Position numbers and translations under genes: made by a program. Below, in pieces: positions 48,755-58,114 of a DNA stretch of 64,000 nucleotides (the stretch's first letter is position 1; each line of letters begins with the position of its first letter). The notes under the pieces are model-generated. The model was not told where the DNA came from and searched no databases. It worked only from the letters and a program-made list of their open reading frames with translations. The DNA comes from a virus (Duplodnaviria; Caudoviricetes): the IMG/VR virus record IMGVR_UViG_3300011560_000001, positions 64,001-128,000 of that record; one strand, given 5' to 3'.

Positions 48755-49047
48755 GGATCGTTGTGAAACGTTCTAGGGTGACGGTTCAACGACTAAGGGA
48801 TTCATCCCCCTGTACCCCTCGAGTGAGGCATTCTCCTTGGATAAGAGAATGGCGCTGGATGCGCTGGGAAGAAGTGAACTCTCGTTGAGGTGCTGAAGAA
48901 GCACCGTTTGAAACGAGATGTGATATAGTCTGCTCTTGCGTGAGAACGTAAGCGGGAGGTGATGCGCCTATCATCACCTCCGGGATAAGGCTAACGACCT
49001 TATCTGAACAATCCAGACGCACAGTAATTGTATTTTGCTGGATTTCG

Positions 49048-50187
49048 CCAAAGCGTCTCGTATTTATAGGTATCCAACACAACCGCATGATTGCTGCTGA
49101 AGGTTACGATGTACAACCGTGGCGTACTGGTGGCGAGACTGTCATCGCGCATCGTGTTGGTAAACTCTTCGCAGCAGCTGCCCAAGGCGACGGTGTTGTT
49201 AAGAAGGTCACCAAAACTGCGCTTACGATACAATACGACGATCCAGAGTTAGGGGAAGAGGTTTTCCAGCTCGGTACGATAATCGGGAAAGGACCAGGTA
49301 AGTATTATCCTCACGATCTCATTACCGATTATAAAGTCGGGGATCGCGTTAAGGATCAGGATGTGGTGGTCTTCCATCGTCTTTATTTTAAACGCGATTG
49401 GTGGAACCCAGGTCAGGTTGTTTGGCGCGCAGGTGTTCTGTCTCTTGTCGGTATTCTGGATATTCCAGAGACCCACGAGGACAGTTCGTATATCTTCGAC
49501 AATCTTGCTGATCGTCTCGTAACACCATCGATTAAGAGCCGTACGCTCATCGTTGACGCCCATCTCAACATTCGCGGTCTCGTGAAAATCGGCGATCATG
49601 TTGAACCTCGAACGATCCTTGCAACACTGGAAGAACCGATTGCAACCGATCTGAGCGATGAGAGTCAGGAAGCCGTTGAAGCATTACGTCGTATGAGTCA
49701 GTATAACCCACGTGCCGACGTTCATGGTGAAGTTGTACAGATCGATGTATTGTACCGCGCTCAGATTGAGGATATGAGTGAAACCATGGCGGCGCTCGTC
49801 GGTGAAGCGGATAAAGCACGAGCTAAACGCGTCAAGGAACTGAAACTCAACGAAGCAACTACGGGGCGTATCAATAACAGTAACGTGAGAATAGACGGTA
49901 ATCCGTTAGGCGAGAACCAGATCGCCATCCGTATTTTCATGCGTTACGACCTTGGTGCGGGGATGGGTGATAAAGGTACCTTCGCAGCACAAGCGAAATC
50001 CGTTGTCTCTTCCGTGGGTCATGGTGTGAACAAAACCGAAGACGGGCACACCCTTGATGCTATCTTCAGTGGCACCAGTATCGCTAACCGTATCATCGGT
50101 TCACCGGAAGTGGTTGGGACTGTGAATCTTGGTCTCCTCTACGCGACGGAACGAGCTGTTGATATTTACTTTAACGACGCTAAATAA
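49048..50187 (+). CDS. Virion RNA polymerase beta subunit N-terminal part, exon 2
   Basis: PKRLVFIGIQ continues DD (cf. RpoB HDDANRALMG); RTGGE, THEDS and GMGDKGTFAAQAKSVV motifs; spliced product 1448 aa. Confidence 0.9.
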   Translation, partial: PKRLVFIGIQHNRMIAAEGYDVQPWRTGGETVIAHRVGKLFAAAAQGDGVVKKVTKTALTIQYDDPELGEEVFQLGTIIGKGPGKYYPHDLITDYKVGDRVKDQDVVVFHRLYFKRDWWNPGQVVWRAGVLSLVGILDIPETHEDSSYIFDNLADRLVTPSIKSRTLIVDAHLNIRGLVKIGDHVEPRTILATLEEPIATDLSDESQEAVEALRRMSQYNPRADVHGEVVQIDVLYRAQIEDMSETMAALVGEADKARAKRVKELKLNEATTGRINNSNVRIDGNPLGENQIAIRIFMRYDLGAGMGDKGTFAAQAKSVVSSVGHGVNKTEDGHTLDAIFSGTSIANRIIGSPEVVGTVNLGLLYATERAVDIYFNDAK

Positions 50188-50213
50188 GAGCAGGGGGCTT
50201 CATGCCCCCGCTC
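50188..50213 (+). terminator. Terminator hairpin
   Basis: GAGCAGGGGGC/GCCCCCGCTC then GTTTATTT. Confidence 0.7.
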
Positions 50214-50229
50214 GTTTATTTCGCTGAAC

Positions 50230-50265
50230 GCAGTACCTTCTTGACGTATGTCAAGAATGCGATGC
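50230..50265 (+). repeat. TACCTTC leader-hairpin repeat, copy C
   Basis: GTACCTTCTTGAC-GTAT-GTCAAGAATGCGATGC. Confidence 0.55.
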
Positions 50266-50288
50266 TCTGACATTAAAAGGAAAAGTGA

Positions 50289-50522
50289 ATGAACCAAGAA
50301 CAACTTAACACGGCTCGGGCAGCGAGCTTTGTTGCGCTGACGAACGCGGTAACGTTGGTTGCTGAGGTCGTACGTCAAACCGTTGGTAACGATGCCGCCG
50401 ATCCTGACGTGAACAAAAAGGTTATGCCGTTGGGATTGGAAGATGCGGTTGCAGCACGCTTAAACAGCCGTCTGGAAACCAAAGAACCCGTAGGTAGTAA
50501 TGCGTTGGAGGGAGCGCAGTAA
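50289..50522 (+). CDS. Small virion-associated protein
   Basis: 77 aa, SD AAGGA, coupled to the next gene; syntenic with the small gene after vRNAP beta in SPN3US-like phages. Confidence 0.6.
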   Translation: MNQEQLNTARAASFVALTNAVTLVAEVVRQTVGNDAADPDVNKKVMPLGLEDAVAARLNSRLETKEPVGSNALEGAQ

Positions 50523-52045
50523 TGATCACCAATAAAACCGTTTATGCTGTTGAACCCATTGTCGAAGGGTTTATCAAACGTAATCAAATCGTCGCTGCCA
50601 TTCCGGGCACGCCGTTAGCCGCGGTTTGTGAAACCATGCATTGGAACCAGCCGCCGGAAGACGCGGATGCGTTGGTGCAGCTTAGTGCTGAACGTATGGT
50701 TGTTGCTGAAACACTTGATGAAACCGAAGATGGCGCTGTAGCACCTGCCAGCGAACGCGAGGTTTATATCCACGATGAAGTTTTACAGACCGCAGTTCAA
50801 GACGTGGTGGAAAAAGTGGTGTATGCCAAAGAGTTGGCGCGTAATACCATCCTGCCGAAATGCCGTGCGCTGTACCCGGAACTGGAAAAACGCATCGATT
50901 CGATCATCCTGGCACCGAAACTGATCCCGACGGTAAGCCTGAGTTACTATCCTGAGTTTTATAACTCCGAAGAGTACCAGGCATTAGTTAGCGATTATGA
51001 TCTCAACGGCTTGATTTCGATTAATAACGATTTCACCCCAACCGAAAAGCTCGCATTTATCACCGGCGATAAGCTGCGTACGTTGCTGTATACCGGTAAT
51101 GAAAACCTGGATCGTTTTGTACAGCAAGCAACGGAAGGGATGAGCGATCAGGCGCTGGAAGACATCTACAACTATTTCTTCCGTGGCTCCGCGCCTTCTT
51201 CGAACACCACCGCTTATCTGATTACGTACCCAGATAGCGATAACGTTGCATTCCATGGTTCGCGCGCTGCGGCAACTCCTGCATTCCTCTGCTATATGTG
51301 GGCCGTTAACCTGCTGGAAGATATCCAGGACGGCAACGACATGATGCTTGAAAACTACCGCGCTAAAATGCAACAAGCTCGTGCTGCGGCGATCAACGGG
51401 ATGGCGCGCGTCGGTCGTGATCGTATTCTGCGTATGGAGCGTGGCGAGCTGATTCTTTCTGCGCCGTCAGCTTCCCAGATTCAACGTGCTGAAGACGCGT
51501 CAACGATGACGATTTTCGTTAATGCGGATGTCTACATGGGTTATCTGCAAGAAGGTGGTTCGCCGGAAGCACTAACCGCAGCTGTCCTGTTAGAACGCGA
51601 ACTCATCAGTAAAGACGAACTGTTGGCTAACGGTGCGGGCTTCATGCAGCATTACCGTAACTACATCAACATGAAAGCCAGCCAGCAAGCCGCAAACCGC
51701 TTACGCGCATACGCGTTGGCATTGCAGGGTGTATTTGCTGACCTGATTACGGTGGACCTCGATGAAGATACCCGTAAGAAGGTTATGGAAATCGTACGTG
51801 GTGAAGTTGCTACTCTTACCGATACCGACGTAGCTAATTTCCAGCAGTATTTCCGCACGCTGTACGTGAAAACCATGCATCATGAAGACGCTCAAGGCGT
51901 TAACCGTCTCATCGACGAGATCGATTTGATTATGCGTGAACGTCCTGAACTCACGGTATTCGAAGCAGCGACCATCGCAACAATGCATCTGACCACCGAT
52001 TACGTGGCCCAGCAGCTTTACGTTATCCAGATTAGCGAGGTGTAA
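50522..52045 (+). CDS. Virion (head/ejection) protein
   Basis: 507 aa; PGTPLA, ARNTILP and VNADVY..YLQEGGSPEAL motifs; synteny between vRNAP and protease genes. Confidence 0.6.
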   Translation: MITNKTVYAVEPIVEGFIKRNQIVAAIPGTPLAAVCETMHWNQPPEDADALVQLSAERMVVAETLDETEDGAVAPASEREVYIHDEVLQTAVQDVVEKVVYAKELARNTILPKCRALYPELEKRIDSIILAPKLIPTVSLSYYPEFYNSEEYQALVSDYDLNGLISINNDFTPTEKLAFITGDKLRTLLYTGNENLDRFVQQATEGMSDQALEDIYNYFFRGSAPSSNTTAYLITYPDSDNVAFHGSRAAATPAFLCYMWAVNLLEDIQDGNDMMLENYRAKMQQARAAAINGMARVGRDRILRMERGELILSAPSASQIQRAEDASTMTIFVNADVYMGYLQEGGSPEALTAAVLLERELISKDELLANGAGFMQHYRNYINMKASQQAANRLRAYALALQGVFADLITVDLDEDTRKKVMEIVRGEVATLTDTDVANFQQYFRTLYVKTMHHEDAQGVNRLIDEIDLIMRERPELTVFEAATIATMHLTTDYVAQQLYVIQISEV

Positions 52046-52756
52046 ATGGCGCTTGTCCGCAACGGTGCTGCGGTGCTTGCGGACTGGGACATACAAGAAG
52101 ATAAATCTGTTGTTACTCGTGGCGGGTGTTCGATTCTGACACCCGTCCGTTACGAGGGATTGGGTTTATCTATCATCGGGAGTGAGAACCGGGTTTGTGC
52201 GTGCTGCCCGATTATTCTTCCTGATGGTCAGTATGGTGTCAGCCACGCATTGACCCAGCTCCATATCGACCCGTCTGACATCCGTGAGATTACCATGGAT
52301 GGTCAGCCGTTTTATGAATTTGTGTTTCTTCCCGGCGACACGGTGTTGGTGTCAACCGATGTCGTGATGCGAAACTCTTTCCCATGGCTGATGTATAACG
52401 AGATCTATACGCTCGGTAAAGTGCCGTGGTGGTACACTGAAAAAGAAAAATATCAGCTGCTCTATACGTCAGCGAAATTGGCTGGTGTTAAATTGAATGC
52501 GGATAGCAGCATCTATTCTGTTCTGGCTTCTATCACCACACGTGACCCCAACGATCGTCGTCGAGCATGGCGTTTGCTTTCGGATGAGGAACGCAGCACG
52601 TTAAAAGCCATCGATATCGGATTACGAAACATTATCGATAGTGGTACAAACACCATCACCAACTTAATGGGTGGCTACGTGAATAACGCAATCGATAGTA
52701 GTTTGGTTTATCCTGCAGATACGATCAGCGAAACAGAAGCGATTCTGAGGGGGTGA
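52046..52756 (+). CDS. Probable virion RNAP beta-prime C-terminal subunit (phiKZ gp176/SPN3US gp244-like)
   Basis: Synteny; ...SITTRDP...IGLRNI...TNLMGGY...SETEAILR resembles the RpoC C-terminal region. Confidence 0.6.
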   Translation: MALVRNGAAVLADWDIQEDKSVVTRGGCSILTPVRYEGLGLSIIGSENRVCACCPIILPDGQYGVSHALTQLHIDPSDIREITMDGQPFYEFVFLPGDTVLVSTDVVMRNSFPWLMYNEIYTLGKVPWWYTEKEKYQLLYTSAKLAGVKLNADSSIYSVLASITTRDPNDRRRAWRLLSDEERSTLKAIDIGLRNIIDSGTNTITNLMGGYVNNAIDSSLVYPADTISETEAILRG

Positions 52757-52757
52757 T

Positions 52758-53489
52758 ATGTTATCGTCTATCGAGACTATTGTCCCAAGAGCGATTATGG
52801 AACGTTGTGCGTGGGTGCCGAGTAAAACGCTTCCTTTCGGTTTATTGCATATCAGCACCGATACCGAACTGAAAACGATGATGCCACGTATCCCTCAACG
52901 CACCTTGCGTATGGAAGACGGGTCGTTTCCAAGGATCTGTGTATCCAGCAGTTTGATGGGGTGTATATACGGATACAGTACCGCAATCAGGCAGTACTAT
53001 TCCGGTGGTCACTTAGCCCATTGGTTAGGTGGGTACGTTATCTATCGTGTTCCGTTTGATATCGCCTTACGCCCACACCGTACGTTGTTATCCGATGTTG
53101 ATATTAGCGACGAACATTGGTTGTTTCACGATCCGCGTTATCCAAACGGGTACCAAACCGAGCGTATCGGAGAATGTTTTATCGCGGCTGTTCCCAAAGG
53201 GAAGATTACAGATAGCGATGGAAAGGAAAACTCTGTTACGACAGAATGTCCGGTGTTTTATATCCATGCGGAGGTTGACAACGTTCCGTTATGGTTGCGT
53301 CAAGGTGAGTTTCTGGTGGTAAAGAAAGGTTATTACCGGATGCAAATTAATCATTACGATCATCGCTTAGGCGTGATGGATTTCTCTAATGTGTCTGTTT
53401 CACGGATAACGTTAGAGAAATATCTGGCAGCCAAAGACGACGCGTTGGTACTATTGGGGCATCAGTGCGCCGGATCGTATGAATGGTGA
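52758..53489 (+). CDS. Hypothetical protein, possible ADP-ribosyltransferase fold
   Basis: LLHIS...PRIP...PRICVSSS...YVIYRV...DVDISDEHW motif order. Confidence 0.5.
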   Translation: MLSSIETIVPRAIMERCAWVPSKTLPFGLLHISTDTELKTMMPRIPQRTLRMEDGSFPRICVSSSLMGCIYGYSTAIRQYYSGGHLAHWLGGYVIYRVPFDIALRPHRTLLSDVDISDEHWLFHDPRYPNGYQTERIGECFIAAVPKGKITDSDGKENSVTTECPVFYIHAEVDNVPLWLRQGEFLVVKKGYYRMQINHYDHRLGVMDFSNVSVSRITLEKYLAAKDDALVLLGHQCAGSYEW

Positions 53490-53491
53490 TA

Positions 53492-53538
53492 TAACGCTTA
53501 CGCGTCGCCTTCTTGACGTAAACGTGGGAAGGTAACGC
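53492..53538. repeat. TACCTTC leader-hairpin repeat, copy D (inverted)
   Basis: Reverse complement reads GCGTTACCTTC...GAAGGCGACGCGTAAGCGTTA, sharing GCGACGCGTAAGCGTTA exactly with copy A. Confidence 0.65.
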
Positions 53539-53568
53539 TTTTTTCATTCAGTTGCTTATAAAGGGGTT

Positions 53569-54378
53569 ATGATGCAACCACCAATTAGTAATCTTGTTTG
53601 CACCAGTTATCTTGGTGTGAATAAGAAAGGTATTATCCGTCCTAATGCTGACGGTGCCTACACCTGTATCATAGGCGGATTTAACTGCTTTAACAATACC
53701 GAAGAATATTACGAGCTTGAGCGTTCGAAACCGCTATTCCTGGAAAACAGCTTATTGCAAACAAACGCACGCAATCGTTCGTTGAAAGGGGAATACGGTC
53801 ACCCTAAACCAGAGATCGGTCAGGATGCGACCAGCTTTTTGCAGCGAGCATTACGAATCGAAGAAACGAAGGTAAGCCATTGCTTTTCTAAGATTTGGTT
53901 AGAGGAAGCTGGACGTGATCGTCGTGGTCGTCCTGTCGTGATGGTGATGGGGGATGTTATTCCTTGCGGACCGTACGGTGATCCATTACGTAAAGATTTT
54001 GAAACGCCGCTGGTGAATGTGTGTTTTTCTGTTCGAGCGCTAACCGACCCGCAGATTTGGCAGCGCGAACGTCGTCGTGTTATGACCCGTGTCATGACTT
54101 ACGATTACGTTAACTTGCCTGGGATCGAGTTTGCAACCAAGTATGACTCTCCGACGATGGAAGGGTTTCAGAAAGACGTAGAACAGGAAGCTAAAGCGAT
54201 CATGGATGCGTACGATCTCCCGATTACAGCACCAATGGTTGACGAGCTTGTTATTCGTTCCGGTGGTCAGCACGCGTTAGCCATGTTGTCCGGCGACAGT
54301 CCGGTTATCTTCCTGGATCAGTTACGTAACCACCTACGTTGCGATGTTGTTAAAGCGGGCAGCTTTAATCATTGGTAA
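53569..54378 (+). CDS. Prohead (head maturation) protease, phiKZ gp175-like
   Basis: LKGEYGHP (catalytic His), PCGPYG, VCFSVR (catalytic Ser) and TYDYVNLPGI. Confidence 0.88.
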   Translation: MMQPPISNLVCTSYLGVNKKGIIRPNADGAYTCIIGGFNCFNNTEEYYELERSKPLFLENSLLQTNARNRSLKGEYGHPKPEIGQDATSFLQRALRIEETKVSHCFSKIWLEEAGRDRRGRPVVMVMGDVIPCGPYGDPLRKDFETPLVNVCFSVRALTDPQIWQRERRRVMTRVMTYDYVNLPGIEFATKYDSPTMEGFQKDVEQEAKAIMDAYDLPITAPMVDELVIRSGGQHALAMLSGDSPVIFLDQLRNHLRCDVVKAGSFNHW

Positions 54379-54530
54379 AAAATGTTACGTTATATTGTGT
54401 ACGGAAGTAATCGTTACCGTATTTAGGTGGTTTAGCTCAACTTACATCCTTTTTTGCTATCTTTAATGCCTGCTACCAGGGCCGTTATGGACACCGCGTC
54501 ACATAACGTCCTTCCGTCGTGATGGACGAG

Positions 54531-54556
54531 CCTCCTTACCCATGTGGGTAAGGAGG
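54531..54556 (+). terminator. Terminator hairpin
   Basis: CCTCCTTACCC/GGGTAAGGAGG then TACTTTTTATG. Confidence 0.75.
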
Positions 54557-54660
54557 TACTTTTTATGCCGCCATTTTGATGTAAGATCTTACCGGAACTC
54601 ATTATTCTACGGATACATACGCCGTATATGAACTTTATTGTTAAGTAGGAATTTAAAAAG

Positions 54661-55461
54661 ATGCAAGAAGAACGCGATATGCCTAAATCACCGGATGTTA
54701 TTATGCAAGCTTCTGAGAAAGCCACCAAGCTTGCTGTGAGCGTGTATGGGTCATGCCATCAAGAACAGTCTTATGTCGATCTGCTTCATGCGGCTGAGCG
54801 CGCATTAGCGTGGACACTGTATATCCACAAACACGCTTACCAGGCTTCTTTTAATGCGGTTAAAGAAGCTGTTTCACCGATGCTGATTGACCTTGCGGGA
54901 CGTAAAGCAATCGGGACGATATCCACCGAAGAAGAACGCTCGACCCTTCACGAAATCCTGGGCGTGGCCGATGCTTACGGTATTTCACTTGCGGTTATGG
55001 AACCACAGCAGATTACTTTCGATGTGTTGAGCGATCGTGCATCTATCGTGAGACAACAAATTGGTCGCGCGATGGAACATCCGTCATTACCTGCTGTTTT
55101 GACGTATTTTAACACCGTGTATTGGGGCTATACGTTACACCCAGAAATCGCATCACCAGGTTCTGTTATTCCGTGTGTTGATCTGCTCATTCGTCTGTTG
55201 TGTAATACGACCACAGAACCGCTGCGCTCACCGAACGTTCTGTTGACCGATGAAGAATTAGATGAGCTTCGTGCTATCTCCCCGACCGCACGCTGTATGG
55301 TGCAGCTATATCGCTATATTCAGAAAGCTGACGAACAAGACTTCATGTGGGAAGATCCGTCCGAAGAAGATAGCGATGGAGAAGAAGATGCCACACAAAC
55401 GCGCAATTACAAGGTGATTCGTTTCGCGCGGAACGTTGCGGCATTATTGGAAAAAAGTTGA
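54661..55461 (+). CDS. Hypothetical protein
   Basis: 266-aa ORF with an acidic C-terminal patch. Confidence 0.7.
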   Translation: MQEERDMPKSPDVIMQASEKATKLAVSVYGSCHQEQSYVDLLHAAERALAWTLYIHKHAYQASFNAVKEAVSPMLIDLAGRKAIGTISTEEERSTLHEILGVADAYGISLAVMEPQQITFDVLSDRASIVRQQIGRAMEHPSLPAVLTYFNTVYWGYTLHPEIASPGSVIPCVDLLIRLLCNTTTEPLRSPNVLLTDEELDELRAISPTARCMVQLYRYIQKADEQDFMWEDPSEEDSDGEEDATQTRNYKVIRFARNVAALLEKS

Positions 55462-55462
55462 G

Positions 55463-55481
55463 GTCTATATTACCTAACTGA
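55463..55481 (+). promoter_or_regulatory. phiKZ-type early promoter
   Basis: GTCTATATTAC-CTAAC-TG with an upstream A tract. Confidence 0.75.
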
Positions 55482-55596
55482 TAGAACGCAGGGAGTTTAA
55501 GAAGTAAACCTTAACCGACTTGTGTTTTCCCTATGAAGAAAGAATCTTCTGATTTTATCCTTTTGATCGATCGAAAAAACTAATTGGAGTATTAAC

Positions 55597-56076
55597 ATGT
55601 CTGAAGCTGTAGAAACCACCGTAGCGACTGAAACCACTTCTAACGTACGTCCGGAAGTTCAGGCGCTTTCTGATAAAATCGCCGCTGGTATTAAACTGGA
55701 CGAATCTGGTAGCCAGAAGTTAGGCAGTGATTTCCTGGGTACTCTGGTAACGCCGGAAGAAAAAGAAATCCTGGAAAAAGCACAGAAACTGACCACTGAC
55801 ATTGGTCTGGCTCACGGTCTGGCGGTTGGCCGCGTTGGCGCGCAGTTCATGGCGGATAACAAGCAGGTTGACGTTGTTTCTGTGACACTGCCGCTGGGCA
55901 AAGACGTTGTGTCTGCAACCGTTCAACGTAGCGCTGAAGTTGGTTTCGGCTCTAACGAGAAGAAACAGGTTTACGGACGTCTGACTACCGCGTATAAGAA
56001 ATCTTTCCCGACAACTCAGGTTAAGCATATTCGTGACAACATCAGTGCGTATGCGGCCGAGCTGCTGAAAGACTGA
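55597..56076 (+). CDS. Hypothetical protein, probably highly expressed
   Basis: SD GGAG; codon bias (CTG, GGT, GCT, AAA); flanked by its own promoter and terminator. Confidence 0.75.
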   Translation: MSEAVETTVATETTSNVRPEVQALSDKIAAGIKLDESGSQKLGSDFLGTLVTPEEKEILEKAQKLTTDIGLAHGLAVGRVGAQFMADNKQVDVVSVTLPLGKDVVSATVQRSAEVGFGSNEKKQVYGRLTTAYKKSFPTTQVKHIRDNISAYAAELLKD

Positions 56077-56104
56077 TTGTAACATAACACGTCTCTCTGT
56101 ATGA

Positions 56105-56140
56105 CCCCACCGTAGCCCTGTAATGGGGTTACGGTGGTGG
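56105..56140 (+). terminator. Terminator hairpin
   Basis: CCACCGTAGCCC/GGGTTACGGTGG then TTATG. Confidence 0.7.
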
Positions 56141-56180
56141 TTATGTTAAGGTTTTATTTTTATCCTTTGGGGTTAGCGCT

Positions 56181-56594
56181 GTGTTTTTATACACCCTTCA
56201 ATTGGCCAAATATCGTTGGCTTTCAGACACACGAGCGTTCCTACTGGACACGACGGTGAAAACAGGTAACCCGCTCTTCGCACCTTCATGGGAACTTGTT
56301 ACAGGAATCAAATCAAAAACGTTAACCGAGGATGAATATACCGCAGGCTACTACACGCTTATGCGCAAAAGCTTTGTTGATCATACATCGGAGTGGTTGG
56401 CTTTATTCTCTTATCCGGTTGTGGTGTTAGGGTGTTATTGTCCTGCAGGAAATTTCTGTCATCGTCATTTGCTTACCGATATCCTTGAAAAGATCGCGAT
56501 TCAAGAACGATTTCATTTTGTTAAGGGCGGTGAGATAACCAGTAAGGAACAGCTCGATTCGTTAATCGAGTTTTGGAATAAGGAGTTTGAGTAA
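56181..56594 (+). CDS. Hypothetical protein, DUF488-like
   Basis: FAPSWELV, Y...Y..LMR and LGCYC....FCHRHLL motifs. Confidence 0.6.
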   Translation: MFLYTLQLAKYRWLSDTRAFLLDTTVKTGNPLFAPSWELVTGIKSKTLTEDEYTAGYYTLMRKSFVDHTSEWLALFSYPVVVLGCYCPAGNFCHRHLLTDILEKIAIQERFHFVKGGEITSKEQLDSLIEFWNKEFE

Positions 56595-57133
56595 TGAGTG
56601 TTTTTCTTATCGGCGCAGCAAAACCGAACAACACCGAACTGATGGGTATCGCAGAAGAGTTAGATGAGCACGGCATGATCGTTTACTCTATCGACAAGGC
56701 ACTCAAAAGACTGGAACGATGGCGTAATCTCGTTACAGATACACTGGATCGACGTAGCATGGTCTACGGGTATGTGTTGGAACAGTACGATGTTGCCGAT
56801 AGAGCATCCACCACGCGTTCTGGCGCATTGTTTAAGACGACAATAGGAAGTTACCAGTTTGGCGGATTAGAACTGCTGGAAGCGTTATATAAACTCTCAG
56901 AGGGTATTCATCATGATGATCTCGATGACCTCCGGGAATATGTGAATGAAAGACTTCCATTCGTGATTCCAGACACACAGCTGATGTTATTAACGCAACG
57001 TGAGGAGGAACATCTTTACAAACTTGCCTGTACGGCGATGCGTCATATTCGTCGTTATCGTAATCCTGAATTCATTGAATCTCAAGAATATCCTGACGTT
57101 ATTTTCATTCGTGAAGCTAAGAACAAACAGTAA
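56594..57133 (+). CDS. Hypothetical protein
   Basis: 179 aa, TAATG coupling, SD AGGAG. Confidence 0.7.
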   Translation: MSVFLIGAAKPNNTELMGIAEELDEHGMIVYSIDKALKRLERWRNLVTDTLDRRSMVYGYVLEQYDVADRASTTRSGALFKTTIGSYQFGGLELLEALYKLSEGIHHDDLDDLREYVNERLPFVIPDTQLMLLTQREEEHLYKLACTAMRHIRRYRNPEFIESQEYPDVIFIREAKNKQ

Positions 57134-57145
57134 ATAAACCATAAA

Positions 57146-57182
57146 CCTTCCTTCCCTAGCCATCAAGGCCGGGGAAGGAAGG
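57146..57182. terminator. Bidirectional terminator, family B
   Basis: CCTTCCTTCCC...GGGAAGGAAGG flanked by CATAA and AATATG, between convergent genes. Confidence 0.78.
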
Positions 57183-57208
57183 GAGGTTAATATGCTTTTT
57201 TTTTTACG

Positions 57209-58099
57209 TTACACGCGAGGTGTTACGTTTTGATAAGCGTTCGGTACCTCAAAGGTATCGCTGTTATCAAAGTCGAAGGTGTAGCCAACCTTCTGCGCTG
57301 CCACAGCAGGATCGATGTCGCTCAGATAAGCCGGACGGAAATCCGGGTTCACTTTAAGCAGGTTCATCTTATCCAGCAGACGTTGTGCAAAAGCACGCAC
57401 GCCATAGTTGGTCTGTGTTAACGCAGTGAACTGAATGCTCAATTCTACCACGTTTGGCGCGTCGTTCTTGTTACGACGTGATGTCCAGTCGCCGGTGCCG
57501 TGAGGCATCATGTTCGTGCACAGCCAGGCGTTAACCACTTTCTTGTGTTGACGGTCTGGCTCAACGAACAGCATTGTTGCGCTACGATAATCCGCCAGCA
57601 GGTCGGTTGGACCACCGGTGGATACGATAGACGACAACATCGGATATTTGGCATCCGGGTCCATCAACAGATACGTGATCCATTGTTCCAGGAAGTAACT
57701 AACGGAACGGCCTTCTTTCTCGTAGATCCCGAAAGTCGGGTTAGAGCGAGGACGTTTAACGTCAGAGACTTCTTCCTGGATTTCACCGGAACCAGAAACC
57801 GGGACGCTAACGAATTCAACTTCCAATCCACGTTGCAGACCGGTAATCGAATGCGCAACCTCTTCTACCAGCGCCTTCAGATAACCAATCTGTACATCCG
57901 GGTTAGGCAGATAGTTGAAACCACGTGGTGCCTCCAGCAGGAGACAGAACATTTGGTTCGGAATGTAGTTGGCGTTAGCAACGTACGTACCGATATTGCT
58001 GATGTACCCGTTTTGGGCACCCGCACGAATATCGACCATAGCCGCGTTGCTAAGAGCACCAACACCCTGTTCACCGAGTAGGGTATTATCAGGACGCAT
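57209..58099 (-). CDS. Tail tube protein (phiKZ gp30-like)
   Basis: LLEAPRGF, WITYLLMDP, ATMLFVEPD and AWLCTNMMP motifs; directly downstream of the sheath. Confidence 0.82.
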   Translation of the reverse strand: MRPDNTLLGEQGVGALSNAAMVDIRAGAQNGYISNIGTYVANANYIPNQMFCLLLEAPRGFNYLPNPDVQIGYLKALVEEVAHSITGLQRGLEVEFVSVPVSGSGEIQEEVSDVKRPRSNPTFGIYEKEGRSVSYFLEQWITYLLMDPDAKYPMLSSIVSTGGPTDLLADYRSATMLFVEPDRQHKKVVNAWLCTNMMPHGTGDWTSRRNKNDAPNVVELSIQFTALTQTNYGVRAFAQRLLDKMNLLKVNPDFRPAYLSDIDPAVAAQKVGYTFDFDNSDTFEVPNAYQNVTPRV

Positions 58100-58114
58100 T
58101 ATGGACTCCTCTCA

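Larger units (their letters stand above)
47465..49047 (+). mobile_element. Group I self-splicing intron (td-like, IA2-type) with homing endonuclease
   Basis: P AATTGCGGGGAC 48588, Q AATCCGCAGC 48734, R GTTCAACGACTA 48784, S GATATAGTCT 48922; P3 TTCATT/AGTGAA; P7 GACTA/TAGTC; U before and G at end; excision restores the frame (DD|PKR). Confidence 0.93.

Noticed and set aside
49011-49047. Alternative 3' splice site at G49016, where td homology would suggest the end
   Set aside because: Joining there is out of frame and hits TGA within 28 codons; G49016 lies in an extra hairpin (AATCCAG/CTGGATT) and G49047 gives the correct protein
44258-50187. Nonsense-mutated or naturally split RNAP gene (1069 aa + 366 aa)
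   Set aside because: The intervening DNA has a complete group I core, and precise excision restores the conserved DDPKR motif in frame
54426-54500. tRNA-like start GGTGGTTTAGCTCAA
   Set aside because: No D-loop GG, no TTCRA T-loop and no acceptor stem partner; no tRNA was recognised anywhere in the window
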